A stretch of DNA of 64,000 bases from Azolla caroliniana. Lineage: Eukaryota > Plantae > Polypodiophyta. This document shows, piece after piece, positions 1 through 14,009 of the stretch. The stretch spans positions 2,976,001 through 3,040,000 of the forward strand of contig JBHGNT010000008.1 of the NCBI GenBank assembly GCA_043228905.1. The letters are read 5' to 3'. Position numbers and translations under genes: made by a program. The notes beneath the pieces were generated by a model. That model did not search any database. It was not told where the DNA came from and was given only the letters and a program-made list of their open reading frames with translations. How positions within the stretch are numbered: position 1 is the stretch's first letter; each line of letters starts with the position of its first letter.

Positions 1-85
1 TTTAATTTAAAAAGTGATGCTGTTAATGTATTACAGAATGGATAGATGTTGTGTTAACACTTACAGAATGGGATGAAATCTGCAG

Positions 86-671
86 GTTCTTTGCTTAGAT
101 GAATGCACAGCAAATGTGGATCCCCAAACATCGTTGGTTCTGCAGAACACCATCGCATCTGAGTGCTCTGGAATGACTGTCATCATGATTGCGCATCGCA
201 TATCATCTATTTCAAATCTTGATATTGTGTTTGTCTTGGATCACGGAGAACTGGTAACTTCACTTGCTTGCTTTTCTTATGATTGGTCTGCATGGAAATA
301 AGGAATTACATTGCATGACAGCATAGCCAATGTTTTCTGAAAATATTATGGGATTTGAACTGGCAATCTTGCATTGATAGCCTAAATGCTTACCACCACA
401 GTAGGCCAGCCCATTAGTACTTTGATATTTACTTTGATAATCTTGGAAGGCACCCCTGCATAAAATCTTATAGCTTATGGTACATAGCTTATCTTCATCT
501 TCTGGCTGGTTGCATGATGCTCTAATGCAGTGGTTTGCATTCCTTATTTGACACGGACACTATAATTTACACCCTTAAACCACTGAAATGCAGGTTGAAC
601 AAGGAAATCCACATGTTTTGCTTGGTGATCCAGCATCCAAATTGTCAAGTTTTGCCAATGCAAGCTATTAA
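86..671 (+). CDS. ABCC13: 3' end (last two exons, 86-253 and 594-671) of an ABC transporter C family protein, ABCC13-like; 5' part lies outside the window
   Basis: After the tgcag acceptor the frame reads VLCLDECTANVDPQT...MIAHRISS...LDHGEL (NBD2 Walker B/D-loop and H-loop). A GT..AG intron follows, then VEQGNPHVLLGDPASKLSSFANASY*. The VLCLDECTAN variant is recalled as typical of ABCC13. Confidence 0.85.
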
Positions 672-999
672 GACTCCTTGTGTCATTTACGGTTGCTCTA
701 GGATTTTCTTCTGTTGTTAGGACGACGAACCTAGCCCTGTGATATAACAAGAATAGGCATCCGATGTATTACATGTTCTCATGCTACCATTCAATAAATG
801 TATCTCTTCACATATTGTAAAATTTAAATTTAAGGTGTATATAGGCATGAATAAGTCTGAGGTCATTGTGTTAAGATAGGGAGAGTGTCGGTATATAGGG
901 TAAATGAGTTACTATCAAATAGATTTAAAGTTTCCGACATGGAAAATGGGAATGGTTACATGAATGCAACATTGTTGTTGTAGAGGTTGTATAGAAAAA

Positions 1000-1394
1000 T
1001 ATTGAAACCAAACCATTTAAGAAATAGTTGAAACCAAACTATTTAAAACCAAACCGTTTAGGGAAAAGTTGAAACCAAACCGAACCATTTAATAAAAAAT
1101 TTAAACCTAACCACTTAAATTAAACTAATTAAACATCTAAATAAATAAAAATACATTAAATTAAATAAGCATTTAAGTTAAATTAATTAGATCAATAAAC
1201 TATTAAGGTAAAACAAAAATTAACCAAAAACCTATAAACCTTTAAAGTAAACCTATAAACCCGAGTTTTAGAACCAACTGAACCGTTTATTGAAAATCCA
1301 AACCATTATAAAAATTTTGGAACCAATAAATCGTTAAACCATGGCCTAAAGGTTCGGTTCGGTTCGGTTCGAGTCGAAATTGTGCCCATTGCTA
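1000..1394. mobile_element. One end of a non-autonomous hAT element (AAACCG-rich subterminal repeats, TIR GTGCCCATTGCTA)
   Basis: Many aaaccg/aaacca motifs end in ggttcggttcgagtcgaaattgtgcccattgcta. The last 13 nt are the reverse complement of the TIR at 30802, which adjoins a hAT transposase fragment. Left boundary is approximate. Confidence 0.7.
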
Positions 1395-2308
1395 GCACTT
1401 GTAGCGAAGACAAGCATTGTTAGAATGCTTATTTCCTTAGCAGTGAATAAGGATTGGAAATTACATCAATTAGATGTAAAAAATGCATTCCTTTATGGAG
1501 AGTTTATGAAGTGTACATGGATGTCCCCCTAGGTTTTGGTACATTTCAAACAATAGGTAAGGTTTGCATACTAAAGAAGTTGCTTTATGGACTAAAGCAA
1601 TCTGCTTGAGTCTGGTTCGACATGTTGAGAAGGGCTATGGTGGGTATCGGATACCAACAGATGAATGCAAACCATACAATGTTTTTTCAATAACACAAAG
1701 AAAATACTACATTACTTGTGTATGTGGATGATATAATTATCATGGGTAACAATGAAGGAGAAATTGTGCAACTGAAGGTGAAATTGGGTAAAGAGTTTGA
1801 CGTGAAGGATCTAGGATTGCTACGATACTTTCTTGGAATTGAGGTTGCTTGTGGAGCAGAAGGAGTTGTTCTATCTCACCAAAAATATGTATTAGATCTT
1901 CTCACAAAAACCGGAATGTTGGGTTGTCAATCCTTGTCGTTGACATCTTAAATGAGATTGTCAAAACATATGATAGGGTGGATGCATTGCATTGTCCACA
2001 TTTCTTGGAGAAGCTTGATAATGGAATATTAAAATTGAGTCATGTTTCTACTGAACATCAAGTAGGAGATTGTCTTACAAAGGGACTTGGGCCAGTAAGT
2101 CTTACTAGATTGTGTGACAAGATGGGCTTAGTGGATATTTTTCGCCCATCTTGAGGGGGAGTGTTGAATGATTAAAAGTTATAATGGCTAGTTAGCCCAA
2201 CGGCCAGATCTTGGCCTTTATAAAGAGGAACTTTCTCCTCATGTAAATATGATCGATCTTTGTATTTTCTCCCTCCTATTGTGACATACCAATTTATATT
2301 ATTGAACA
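1395..2308 (+). mobile_element. Degenerate Ty1/copia fragment (RT, end of RNase H, PPT, probable 3' LTR)
   Basis: Reads LHQLDVKNAFLYG, YGLKQS, YVDDIII...KDLGLLRYFLGIEV and ...LTKGL...DIFRPS*, with stops and frameshifts. PPT gagggggag is followed by TGTTG at ~2162. LTR end is tentative. Confidence 0.8.
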
Positions 2309-3520
2309 GATGTGCCTTCTCATTTTTCAATTATTTGATTGTCATATTTGCAAAAACCAATTGCTTGATTTTAGTGGGAAATGGAAAAGTCGAAATTTGT
2401 GATGTAAAGTTGATGCAATTCTTTTATTTGAAGCATATCATTGGATTCAAAGGCAATTGGATTAGTTTGTCACATAATAATCTCACTTGAAGTTTGCCCA
2501 ATTTTCATCTAATAATTAAAATGAGTTTGGGAGATTGCTATAAGAATGACCAAGAGAATAGGGTGTGGAGAAGCAAGAATGCCTCTGCGATTCACTCAAG
2601 TCAACAAAGGTACAATCAAATGTGTGTAGTGAGAAGTGATATGGGGCAAATGAGAAGGGAAGAAATACGATATAGTAATCTCATTTATTGTAGATATTAT
2701 TCAAATGTATCCATCTTACAAATAGGGGCAATCCTTGTCGTTGACATCTTAAATGAGATTGTCAAAACATATGATAGGGTGGATGCATTGCATTGTCCAC
2801 ATTTCTTGGGACATATATATGCATAGGGCTGGGAGGCACATTGAGATCAACAGAACCCCAATTATAAATTGCTCATCTTTGAAGGAGCATTGAAGGGCAG
2901 ATTACTCACGAGTTGTTTTCATTATTGACATTGTTGTTTTTTAAGTCTTTGTAATTTGTGTTAAGTTGGGTATGAATACCAACCTTAACATGGATATAAT
3001 GACTAATTCGAGATGGACCATGCAAAGAGGAGGTAAGACTTATTTATAAATTGATTTATATTCTCAAAGTGAATTATCCAAGCTATTTTTGCATAATTTA
3101 GTAAGGGCAGCAATCGTATTGAATTTTCACCAAGAATCTTTGTATAACAAGCACATTGGAGAATTGACTAAGATTTCAACCCACCTTCGGCCATATAGCT
3201 TGCTTTCTTGCAAGAAACTTTTCTACATAACATAGATTAATGGTTCTTGCACAATAGACTTCATATTCTACAACCCCTCATATTTAGGACTACCATTATT
3301 ATCTTGGAGTAATTGTTTTAACAACTAAGGGTGTTTGTAGGTTTGTTTGCAATATTATCCGGTTATGAAGGATTGTTTAAAAAGACTATCACTCTAAGAG
3401 CTAGTTCTTGATATTATTTAGCATTGTCGTTCTTCTCTGGAAAATCGTTCAACATACGGAGTTTGCAGGGATTGACAGTGTGAGAGTGATTTGGTGATAT
3501 TATTGGGCTAGAAACAAACA

Positions 3521-4008
3521 TAACAATCGGCAATGGTTCAGTTCGGTTTGAGAGGGTCAAAACCGAACCCTTTAAATGTTTTGAAACCTAAACTAAACCG
3601 AACCATGAAACCGTTAACCTTTTTCAAACCATTAAACCATGAAACTGTAAAAACTGCGGTTTTGTGGTTCGGTTTCGGTTTTTAACTTAAGTCAAATTTT
3701 TAAATTTTTAAATTTATAATATTTCATTTTAAAAAATTTTTAAATTTTTAAATATGTTCTTAAAATACGAGAATAAGGTCTAAAAATGAAAAGATTGTTT
3801 AAAAACAAAAATTTTAATTTTTTAAATTTTTTAATAAAATAAAATAAAAAACCGATATACTGTTTAAACCGCGGTTTCCGACTGTTCAAACCGAACCGAA
3901 GCATTTTTAAAAACCTAAACTTGAACTGAACCGAACCAAACCGTTGAAACCGTTAAGCCACGGTTTCACGGTTCGGTTCGATTCAAACCGAACCCTTGCC
4001 GATTGTTA
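3521..4008. mobile_element. Complete hAT-family MITE (488 bp)
   Basis: TIRs TAACAATCGGCAA / TTGCCGATTGTTA; perfect 8-bp TSD AACAAACA at 3513-3520 and 4009-4016; AAACCG subterminal motifs. Confidence 0.9.
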
Positions 4009-4217
4009 AACAAACATGAGATTCATAACTTCAGTTTGTTTTCCGCTCGATAACTTCGGTCCTATTCACCTTGTCTAGGGCCTAAATATATACATATACA
4101 TATATAATTATACATATACTGTATACATATACATATAGAGTGTATATATCATACATACTTTCTGCTAGTAGTAAGACCCTCCCCTCCAATGTATATGTAT
4201 ATATGTATATATATATC

Positions 4218-4530
4218 CGGAAAAGTACTAAGATACCCCTGGAAATTCATCTATTTACCAGAATGCCTCTAAAAATTCCAAATTTACCAAACTACCCCTA
4301 TGTCCAAAAAATTACACTTTATAAAGTAATTATACACTCAAATCTTTGGTAAATAGGGCTAGTTCGGGTCCATTTCTTCCATCTTCGGTAAATAGGGCTT
4401 GTAGATTTGAGTGTATAATTACTTTATAAAGTGTAATTTTTTGGACGTAGGGGTAGTTTGGTAAATTTAAAATTTCCAGGGGCATTCTAGTAAATAGACG
4501 AACTTCCAAGGGTATCCTGGTACTTTTCCC
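4218..4530. mobile_element. Foldback MITE with ~127-bp TIRs (possibly Mutator-like), inserted in TA-rich microsatellite
   Basis: 4219-4345 is the reverse complement of 4403-4529 with 12 mismatches by my count; (TA)n-rich flanks. Confidence 0.8.
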
Positions 4531-4753
4531 ATATATATATATATGTATGTATGTATGTATGTATATGTATATGTATACAGTATAATTATATATATATACA
4601 TATACATATATATTTATAATTTATACATATACATATACGGTATACTGTATATTGTATACATATATGTACATATACAGTATATATATCATACATACATACT
4701 GCTAGCAGTAAGACCCTCCTCTCCAATGGCTCCTTGTTGCTAAGAAGGTTTTC

Positions 4754-7689
4754 ATGATGGCCTGCTCTGCCTCTGTACCTACTTGTTGGTGCAGAGACAA
4801 GTGGTCCCCCATCAGCAGCAACAGGGGATCCCTCTGTTTTGCTGCTTTGGGTGGGGGAGAAAGACCAAATGGCAGCAAAGGGAATGAAGAAGGAAAAGAG
4901 AAAGAGAAAGAAGGATGGATGAAAGCAGCTGAACCACCCAAGAAAGATCATTACAGTGTTCTGGGAATAAGCAGAGATGCCAGCCCCGCCGCGGTGAAGG
5001 TCGCCTTTCGGAAGCTCGCTCGGAAGGTATGGGAAGACAATCTATTCCTATGCTTTCTCTGCATATAACTATTCTTTTGAGTGTGATTACTGATTTCCTC
5101 TAGAAAGAAAAAGCTCGGTACTTTTGAAACATCTTGTTGTTAAATCGGCACCCATGGTTTGGAGATAATTATATGAGTTCATTCATACACAACAGTAAGG
5201 CAAAATAATAGTGCCTCCTGTTCTCTCTTGTTGAATGCCCGAGATGCATATGTACTTACATGCCGACATATACACAGTACGAAAGCACATACGTATGTAT
5301 ACACGTATCTGATTCTATCGACGCTCCGAACTATTTGTAATCTGCAGAATTTTCGGAATCAGCTTCCGGCTGATAGTAGCTATTTAGGTTTTCCATCTGA
5401 AGATATGCTTACTTTTGCCATGATTCTCATATGGGACATAGTGAGGACTGACCTCAATTTTAGTTTTTAATTTGTTTATAGACAATCTATCATATATATG
5501 ATGAGATGCAATTATGGAAAGAAATTAGCAACTGAGAAATGACCATTGCCGTTGATGATTTTAGATCCTACTACTCACATCTCTTATGCAGTACCTTTAC
5601 ATAGTTTTATTGTTGATATATTGGAGCCCTTGTTTTATTGCATTATTAAGCAAACAATGCCTCTATTTTGTGGTTGATTATAGACTTTTCCATTTTATTC
5701 TGAGTGTACTCCTTATGTAACTGATGCCATCCCACAATTCTTAGATTTTCAGCACTTCTCATTTGTAATTTGAATCATTTTGAGAGTGGTTGACATTGCA
5801 TCATCCACACACAGATACCTTAGCTATGTTATTTTGTAAGAGAGTATTGGGGCATATTCCAAATGCTTAATATATGGATTAATTATATAAATAGATAGAT
5901 CATTTAAATTGTCTAGTAAAGAGCAAAGCTATTAAGATTTAATTGATAATTAACAAGGCATGTCCAGTTTAGCTACAGGGATATAGCTTTTCTTGTAATT
6001 TGCAACATTACAAACAAAGAATTCTGCAATGACGAACAAGACATTATATGCTTCCATTGGGTCTTTTTTGGAATAAATGAACAAAAATTTGTTCCATCAG
6101 TTATTTCCCTTGTTAGTGTTGCATTCAATTCCGTAGTTGCAAGTTTTCATTCCATTTGGCTCTAGTATAGAAAGGGAATAACTCAACATAACCCTCAATT
6201 AGAAGTTCTTAGATCAATGGAGGATCAAAGATCAGGAGTACCATTATCACAAGATTAGCGCTAATGAAGTACGACGAATAATTAGACAAGAGGAGAGAAA
6301 TTGAGAATGTATATGTAATAGAACCTTTTTATTAGACTCATAAAGTGTAGCTTGCCCTATATAGCCTACTTCAGAGAAGGCCCTTTGAGTGTCCCTCATA
6401 TATACTACATAAGTGAAGGTCATTGGATGTCAATATGACTGTTCATATTTCTCATAATTTATCAGGCTTTTCACACTCCACCTTAGACATTCAGCTAATT
6501 ACAGTTGGTATTCTTCATGTTGTGGACTCTGCATGCATGTATGTATATAGTCTCCACAATTGCAAGAAGATCATATTCCAAATCTGGTGATGTGTTTAAA
6601 ATTCAATGCCATCAGCTGTGACCCTACCAAGATCAATCTTGGCATCTCAGTCTTCCCAAAACTCTTTAAATGATGTTGAAGATCCTTAAAATTAGTATAA
6701 TTGGCATTAGTTTTTAACTGTTGTATAACTTTTGTTAGGCAAGAATGCTCGGTTTATAAAATAAAGAGACATTTGTAATGAATATAGATATGTGAACAGA
6801 TTCTTTTACCTAGACTGTGGCCTGCAACATTCATGAATTTGATAGAGCTTATTTCACATTCATTTTCTCATATCATAGTATCATCCTGATGTAAACAATG
6901 ATTGTGGAGCTGCAGAAGTTTTCAAAAGGATACACTCTGCATATGAGGTAAGTAGATGATGGTTTCTAAATGTCATATATGTATGATTCTGTAAAGTTGA
7001 AAATGATAGCTCATTACTGTATATACCATGTTCAGACCCTGTCGGATACAGGCAGCAGATACACTTATGATCAGGCATTAAAGATGCAATCTCATGCTAC
7101 TAGAAAGAACATCTCAAGAAACCACCGATATAGTTCTATGTATGGGAGGAGAGCACAACAGGTTTACTCTAGGCATGCCAGATACCCAGAGTGGGGTAAA
7201 AGGAGTAGTGAAGGAACATGGGAATTCTCTCCACAATGGAGCTCAACAGAAAAGTATCCGAAAACAAGTATTGAGGATGAGTCGGATTCATATATGAAAC
7301 AAGAGTGCTCGTCTTCCTTTGTTGCAAGAGAGAAATCTGCAAGTGAAATGCTTATACTCTTCATTCTTGTGGGATTCATCTGGTATACATTTGGGGTTCA
7401 ACTAGCCTCAACATATTTTGCGTTCTTCATTCCACATAATAAAGACCACACAATATGCTATAAGTTTGCGTCTTTAGTGGCGTGGTTGATCGGCGGAGTG
7501 AGGGGCATAATTCTACAGTATGGTATTGTGACAACAGGATGGCTTTATGGCAAGGATCATGATATAGTTTTGGCCTTTCTTCTATCAAGCCTATGGATTG
7601 GGATCAATTTGCCATATGCTTTCCACATCCCCCCTGGTGCGATCTTATTTATGGCATACCTCTCCTTAGGAAATAAAGGCTCTTCTTGA
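4754..7689 (+). CDS. DnaJ-domain protein with C-terminal membrane segments (~331 aa). Exons 4754-5026, 6879-6947, 7036-7689
   Basis: J-domain DHYSVLGISRDASPAAVKVAFRKLARK|YHPDVN...AYE|TLSD...RYTYD with the HPD motif; GT-AG phase-0 introns; hydrophobic C-terminus. It resembles Arabidopsis At5g59610-type proteins (from memory). The N-terminus may be a transit peptide. Confidence 0.88.
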
Positions 7690-10335
7690 GTTCAAATCTT
7701 TGTATTTTCTCCATGTGATTTCAGACAGATATCGTCTGATTTAAATGATTTAGTGAAGAGGTATCAGTGGTGAGGATTGAGATCATATCAGTTCAAAGTA
7801 TTTCATTGGGCCATGAGAGTGGACCAGGCATCTCATACATCAAAAGCACAAAGCCATTAATGAAGGCGGAAAGGTAATCAATGGAAGAGCGGGTGCTTAC
7901 ATTGTCGCAATCAAATGTACAAAATCTTGTGTCTGGCTAAGTTAGAGACCAAACATATATGAACACAACAATACAATGTCGTCAAGCATGTCAACAATGG
8001 TATTATCTCAAGACACTGGTTATCAGAGATCTTGTGGTTTCTCCTCCTCATGTGCCTAAGTGCATTTTCTGAGTTTGTTTGTTTTTTTGTATTGCTATGG
8101 AACGGTTTGGTTCTATACGCCTTTGAGATGTAAAAACACAACATTCTTTTTCGTCTAACGCTTTTAACTGTTCTCATTGATTAGTAAACATATTTGAGAG
8201 ATTTTCATGTGATTGATTGGCTTATATTCACTAAATTCTTTGCACAATGCTTTCTATCCATCAATGATTTGATGATGGAAAATGCCGGATATCCTCTTTT
8301 ATATTGGTTGATGAAGGATGTGCAAGCAAATCTAACAACACCCGATGAGATGATGACATATGTAGTTAGCACAAACAAAGCTCACTTTGTATAATGGTGA
8401 ACTACAAATGGTCTACTGCAGTAGAATTCACTTAGTTTGTGGAAAAGTGTTGTGGGAATAAAATAACAGCATTAGGATTGACCTATCCTTATTTAAAGTC
8501 ATCATGTTAGTTATGCTCCTTTTCCTTTGAGTTATGTTATGGCTCTAATATATATCTTGATTTTTTTCCTCATTTAATGTATGGTTTATAAGTAAATATT
8601 AACCTAGAACACAATCAATAAGTCACCATTCTGGCATTATAGGGCAATCTAGATAAAATGTTGATCGTTACTTGTTCTTTGTATAGATCATTGGGGCAAG
8701 CACATCAATGTGCATCTTGTGGTGTTTGTATGCCTTTTATACAAGTGTTCCATTTTGGAATGAGGTTAGCGTGGGGCGTTCACCATGAGACACAATACAT
8801 GGAGAACAAATAGGAGTTAATTACTTGGTAAAAGGAGTATAAGTTACAATAAAAAATATGATGATTCTACTGTACAACACACCCCAAAAAAAATGAAGAT
8901 ATTATAGAAGTTTCTCAAGAAAGGTGTGCAATACAGTTTTTTGAAAGCTTTCACATGTACAAAACATGAAAGCTTGAAGATATTTTTCTTTCCATAAAAA
9001 AAACTGACCTCTTTACTTTTTTCCATTACAAGTATCTCCAAAAAACTACTTTCAAATTGTTGGAAATCTTGAAGGGTTCAATTATAATTAGGCATTTTTG
9101 TCACAAGTAGTGATTGGTGAACATAAACGATATATTACCATGATGTGAGATTTTGGTATTCATAGCAAAATCTTTTTTATTTTTTTGTTACAAGATCTTT
9201 ATTTTTTGGCTACTAATATACATGGGTAAAGTTCTATTGAACTTTTTTGAGTCTCCATTAAGGATATGTGGAGATAGATGCCATGCATTGCAATGTAAGG
9301 GGGTACCAGTTTTGCAAAGTATACGAGCACAAGTAATTGAATGATATTGATCACTCCGCTTACCTTACACAAACGCCTCAAGTTTACATTAGAATATAAA
9401 AACAAACATAACTTTTCAATATTACAATACTCAGCCACGACTCTTCACTATGTAAAAAAAGCTCTTACCAAACAAGAACAATAAATATGATGCCCAAAAG
9501 AGAAAGTGCATATGATCCCAAGTACACATTGATTCTCATTCTTTTTAGTTGTTTAGGTTTTTGTTTAGATTCATTGACTTCCATGCAATACCTTTGATTG
9601 AGCTATGATTCATGAACATGCATGTTTTAAGATAAGTCATCATCAAATATAGTCTTTAAAAATACGCGTGTAAAAAATAAATTGAAACTTGTACATTATT
9701 ACCCTTGGGCCCAAACTTTGATTTTTAAATATCAAGAGCCCTCCATTGTCAAAAAGTATCTGTGCATTTAATATTGTTTAAACTAACCAACCGAACGTAT
9801 TATATTTCCATTTCAGCAAGCATCCGAGATTTAAAACAAGGCAAAATGTTTGCAATCCATGCCTTTAAAATCTATCATAAACAAAGGATTAGTGATAATA
9901 TCGTGTCCATGTGACATGTGATTTTCAATATAAGAAGACAAAAGAGAGGACACGAGTTAACAAATGAAAGAGAATAAAAAAGATGTACAAATCAAATCAA
10001 TCATTACAACGTTGAGGTGGTTCCCTAAAAACCTATTAAAAAGGAAAGAGATAATAGAGAAGTTAATACTTGATAGAAGCCATTAGAGATGAGGAACAAT
10101 TGAATAAATGATAGAACACGAACGCTTAACAATGTTTACAATTTAAAAGAATTTCATGAATTCCGAGGACTATTTGTTGGTTGGCCCAAATGTGTTTTGA
10201 GCCATGTTTGCTCATTGTAAAGCCTTAATATTCTATATATCGATGTCATTGAAGGTAAAGCAATAACTCTTTTTCATAATGTGTTAAGGGACATTGTTTC
10301 TGCAATCTACCTGTCCTCAAAGGAGGTCTTCAAGC

Positions 10336-10377
10336 AACACACACACACACACACATGTGTGTGTGTGTGTGTGTGTG
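10336..10377. repeat. Inverted (CA)n/(TG)n microsatellite
   Basis: acacacacacacacacacatgtgtgtgtgtgtgtgtgtg, centred on CACATGTG. Confidence 0.9.
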
Positions 10378-11479
10378 CGTGTTTTACTAGATTTCTTCGC
10401 AATTGAATCTCTTGAGTACGTCAACAATGTAGAGTCTTAAGGTCATTACCCCGATGTCAACAACTAGACAATGCATAATCTCTTGGATTCGATAATTCGG
10501 TCCCGAATGATTGACACGTTCACAGGCTAGTGCTAAAATATTGAAAAATGAAATATGTAAAAGACTAACAGAAACAAAAGATATACACGATGCATGACGA
10601 TGGATTTTTCATCTTAGGATTCGATAAGTAGATTAATTCAATTGAGACAGTTTTTCAAACAAATGTGTTGTCATGTTTCAAAGAGTCAACTCAAACTAGG
10701 TAACGAAATAAGCATCCGTCATCGTCAAAAAAAACCTCATGAATAGAAGGAGGTATTGATTAACCTTTTGTTTGTTTTCTCAACATAGAAGATGATAGTA
10801 TTCGTTGCAAATGCATGTGATGCACGCAATGGGTAAATCATCTTTAACATGAAGATGAGTTAGATAACTCATTCTATTATCCCCAAGAACTAGCAATTTC
10901 CATCAATACAAAGGGATTTACGTGTTGATACCTTCTTTTTTCTCAGAGCATGATCTTACCATCATCGACGATGGATAAATGACATTGGCATGTATATCGG
11001 GGTTTATATCTAGTAACGATGACCATAAACATAGAAAGGAGGTTAGAACTAGTTTGATCATGCAATCGTCAGCATGTCCAACAAATTGCACCATGTGTAG
11101 GTAGCTAGCTACATAGGGTTTTGGGTAGCCAAAAAGGCATGATGACGAGAGAGAGAGAGATAGAGAGAGGAGGTTATCACTAAACAATACAATCTTAGCA
11201 TCATGGGCCAACAACTACACATATATGATATCATCATCCAAAACTATTAAGATCAGAAACGCTCTAGAGGGGTTCTAATCCCAAAGTGAAAAAGGCTTGA
11301 GATATAGGTGCGAGAGGAGGAGGAGAAGTGCAATCAGGGAGGGTGGCAAAAACACACCAGCAGGAGAGAGATGTGGCAGGGCAGGGTTTACGCAAAATGG
11401 AATGCAGGAGAGCCAAAATGTGACAGGGATGGGGTCGGCAAATTGGGGGGCACTAACATTCAGGGGAGAGCTTGTTTCG

Positions 11480-11663
11480 GAACCCGATAAACCGATAAAC
11501 CCGAGTTTTAGAACTAAACCGAACAAAAACCAAACCATTTATCAATAATCTAGACCAAACCAAACCAAACCAATTGATTTATTTTTTTGGGGGGAACCCA
11601 TAAACCGTTCAACCATGGCTTAACGGTTCGGTTCGGTTCGAGCCGAAAGAGGGCCCATAGTTA
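11480..11663. mobile_element. Terminal remnant of the same hAT-MITE family as 1000-1394
   Basis: Shares ataaacccgagttttagaac and aaccatggc...ggttcggttcggttcgag(c/t)cgaaa...gcccat(a/t)g(t/c)ta with 1255-1394. Confidence 0.65.
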
Positions 11664-14009
11664 ATGGAAATGGAGGAGGAGGAGGAGGTGGTTCACATGG
11701 AGCTCTCAGTCTCAGACAGACACACAGTAGATTGGCATCCATACCCCCCCCCGAAGTCTTCTCTCCCCCCTCAAATCTCTCTGACACAAACCTCTCAATC
11801 TTTTCCAGCACTCTGTCACCACACTTGATCTCCTCTCTCTCTCTCGACATTGGACTGGTCTGCAATTCGGAGGCATCGGCGTTTTTCTTTGGACGGCACT
11901 CTATGTGGTATACTCCCCCGATTTGTCGGTGTGGGTTTTTTTCATGTCAGAATCATATGTTTTTGTGTTAGATTTTGAACAGTTTCTTGGGTGTTTTTGA
12001 GATGGGTCTAAATTGAACAGTTTCTTTGGTGTTTTTGAGATGGGTCTGTTTATTGACAGAGAGAGGCGGCTATGTACATATGCTGTTTCATTTTTTATAT
12101 AGGTTATGTGGGTGTGTGTGAGGGAGGGAGGGAGAGAGAGAGAGGGAGATCTACAGATGTGCATATATTATTAACTTCTATGACAGACCACATATGATCT
12201 ATATTGGACGGGGCCAAGCCAATGGTGAGCATTGAACAAAACAGTTTCTCTCAATTTCATGGCTTTGATGCTGCAGCTTTAAACACCAAGCCAACATCCG
12301 GAGAGAAATGGAAATATTGAAAGAGAGAGAATCCTTCTTTCATTCCTCACATGGGTTATGCATCATGATGCTATATTAAGGTCCACTGCAGGAAACCAAT
12401 CATTACAAAGCACCCTCTCAAACTGGGCAGTTGGGGAAATTTGAATGTTAGAACAAAAAGAAAAATGCAAAACCTGAAATGGATAACTAAGTTGCTGGAT
12501 TTATTTGTTTCAAACTTCATAAGTTGTGGCTGAATAGATGAGCAAAGAGTAAAGTGCCTGGTGTGTTTAGCTTTGGGTGAATCCCCTTTCGTGGTTCTCG
12601 AAAGCTAATGCAAATTTTTGGTGTGTCAAAGAGATGGTTAGTGCTTTTTTAGTAATTCTTGAAGGCTACTGCAAACTTCTGGGAATTTCCTGAAAATAAT
12701 GATGACGGATGTCCCCTTATGTGAGAAGATTCCTAAGTTCCATGCTCTTCTGTTTCTAGTACAATGCTACAAATATGTGAAACACATACAAAATAGTTTT
12801 TGAATAGAGGGAACCCTAGGGAATGTATGATTTGAGGGCAGGAATATCTATTTCTAAAATATGAGTTAGGTATTATACAAAGTCATGTTTGGTTCAAATT
12901 GTGATATGTATGGTGCATAATGATGTTTTGAGAGTTTATGATAATATATTAATGTCCAATGCGGCCAATATGCCCCTGTGGGATCAACAATTATTACAAA
13001 ACACACTTGCCAGCCATATAGTTGGGAGATTTTTAAGCTGAAATGAAAAACCAAGCTTCCTTCCTAATTGCATTATTTAAATTTTCCATGAGTTTGGTCC
13101 TGTGGTCAAGTAGACAAGCAAAGAGATTCCATCCTCATTAGGAGTTCTTGAAATCGAGTACAATCTTGTAGGAACTCTTGAAAATAGTTCCAGGTGTCCT
13201 TATATGCCAGGCATTCCAATGTCACACTCTCTTCTGTTTCTGGTACGTTGAGGCGATGTAGCTCACAATTCTCTTTCTGCTGCATATCCAGCCAACCCTT
13301 GGTTTCCATTTCAATGTCTGATAGCTTTTGCACATCAGTTTGATGGCATGTCTGCTTGCATCAGCATGGGTGTCTGGGTGTGAACCTGGGCATCAGCTTG
13401 CCGCCCTTGGTGTTCCCAATATTAAGTATTGATGTGGCTGCAATATTACTCAAACTCTCAGATCTATGTTGGGCTGTAAAGAGTTTTCCTGTGTGTCTGA
13501 GTAAATCATTTATTGATGATCTTCTGCCACCTCCTTTAATTCATACTCTTAGGGGGCTTGTGTCTGGGCATTAATGCCCATTCTATTGTCCAATGCAACT
13601 GATCCATGAAGGGATTAGTATTTTCAAAGAGAAAAAGATATTCTAGTATGGGAAAAAATGGTTTTTGTCATCAACTTATTGGAGAATCATGTATGGTTTG
13701 ACGCGAAAGTCAGGGTAAGAAGGAGATGGAGAGGAAGAGGGAGAGAGAAAAAGGATATGTGCATCACTACACATATTTGAAATACAGGCAAGATAGTTTA
13801 TTGTATAGAGGGTAACGGGAACATTCAGGGAATGTATCATTAAGGACTGGAACATTGATTTCTGGTATAAGTTGTGAGTCAAGAGAGAGAAACCGTGTTT
13901 GGATTGCTATCGATGCATATGTGATGTTGAGAGAACTGGGAGAGAGAGACAAACATTGTTCTGTACAGATTATTCACTGAAACCTTTCTATACATATATC
14001 TACAGAGAC

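Noticed and set aside
6160-6500. Possible solo LTR in DnaJ intron 1
   Set aside because: No TG..CA termini with a TSD could be identified.
8270-8400. NAGYPLLYWLMK, resembling the PIF/Harbinger DxGYPLxxWLMTP motif
   Set aside because: A single short motif with no other transposase blocks or TIRs found.
13106-13574. ORFs on both strands upstream of the RIN4-like gene, possibly LINE zf-RVT debris or extra exons
   Set aside because: Resemblance is too weak, with no PxFGxW motif or convincing splice chain.
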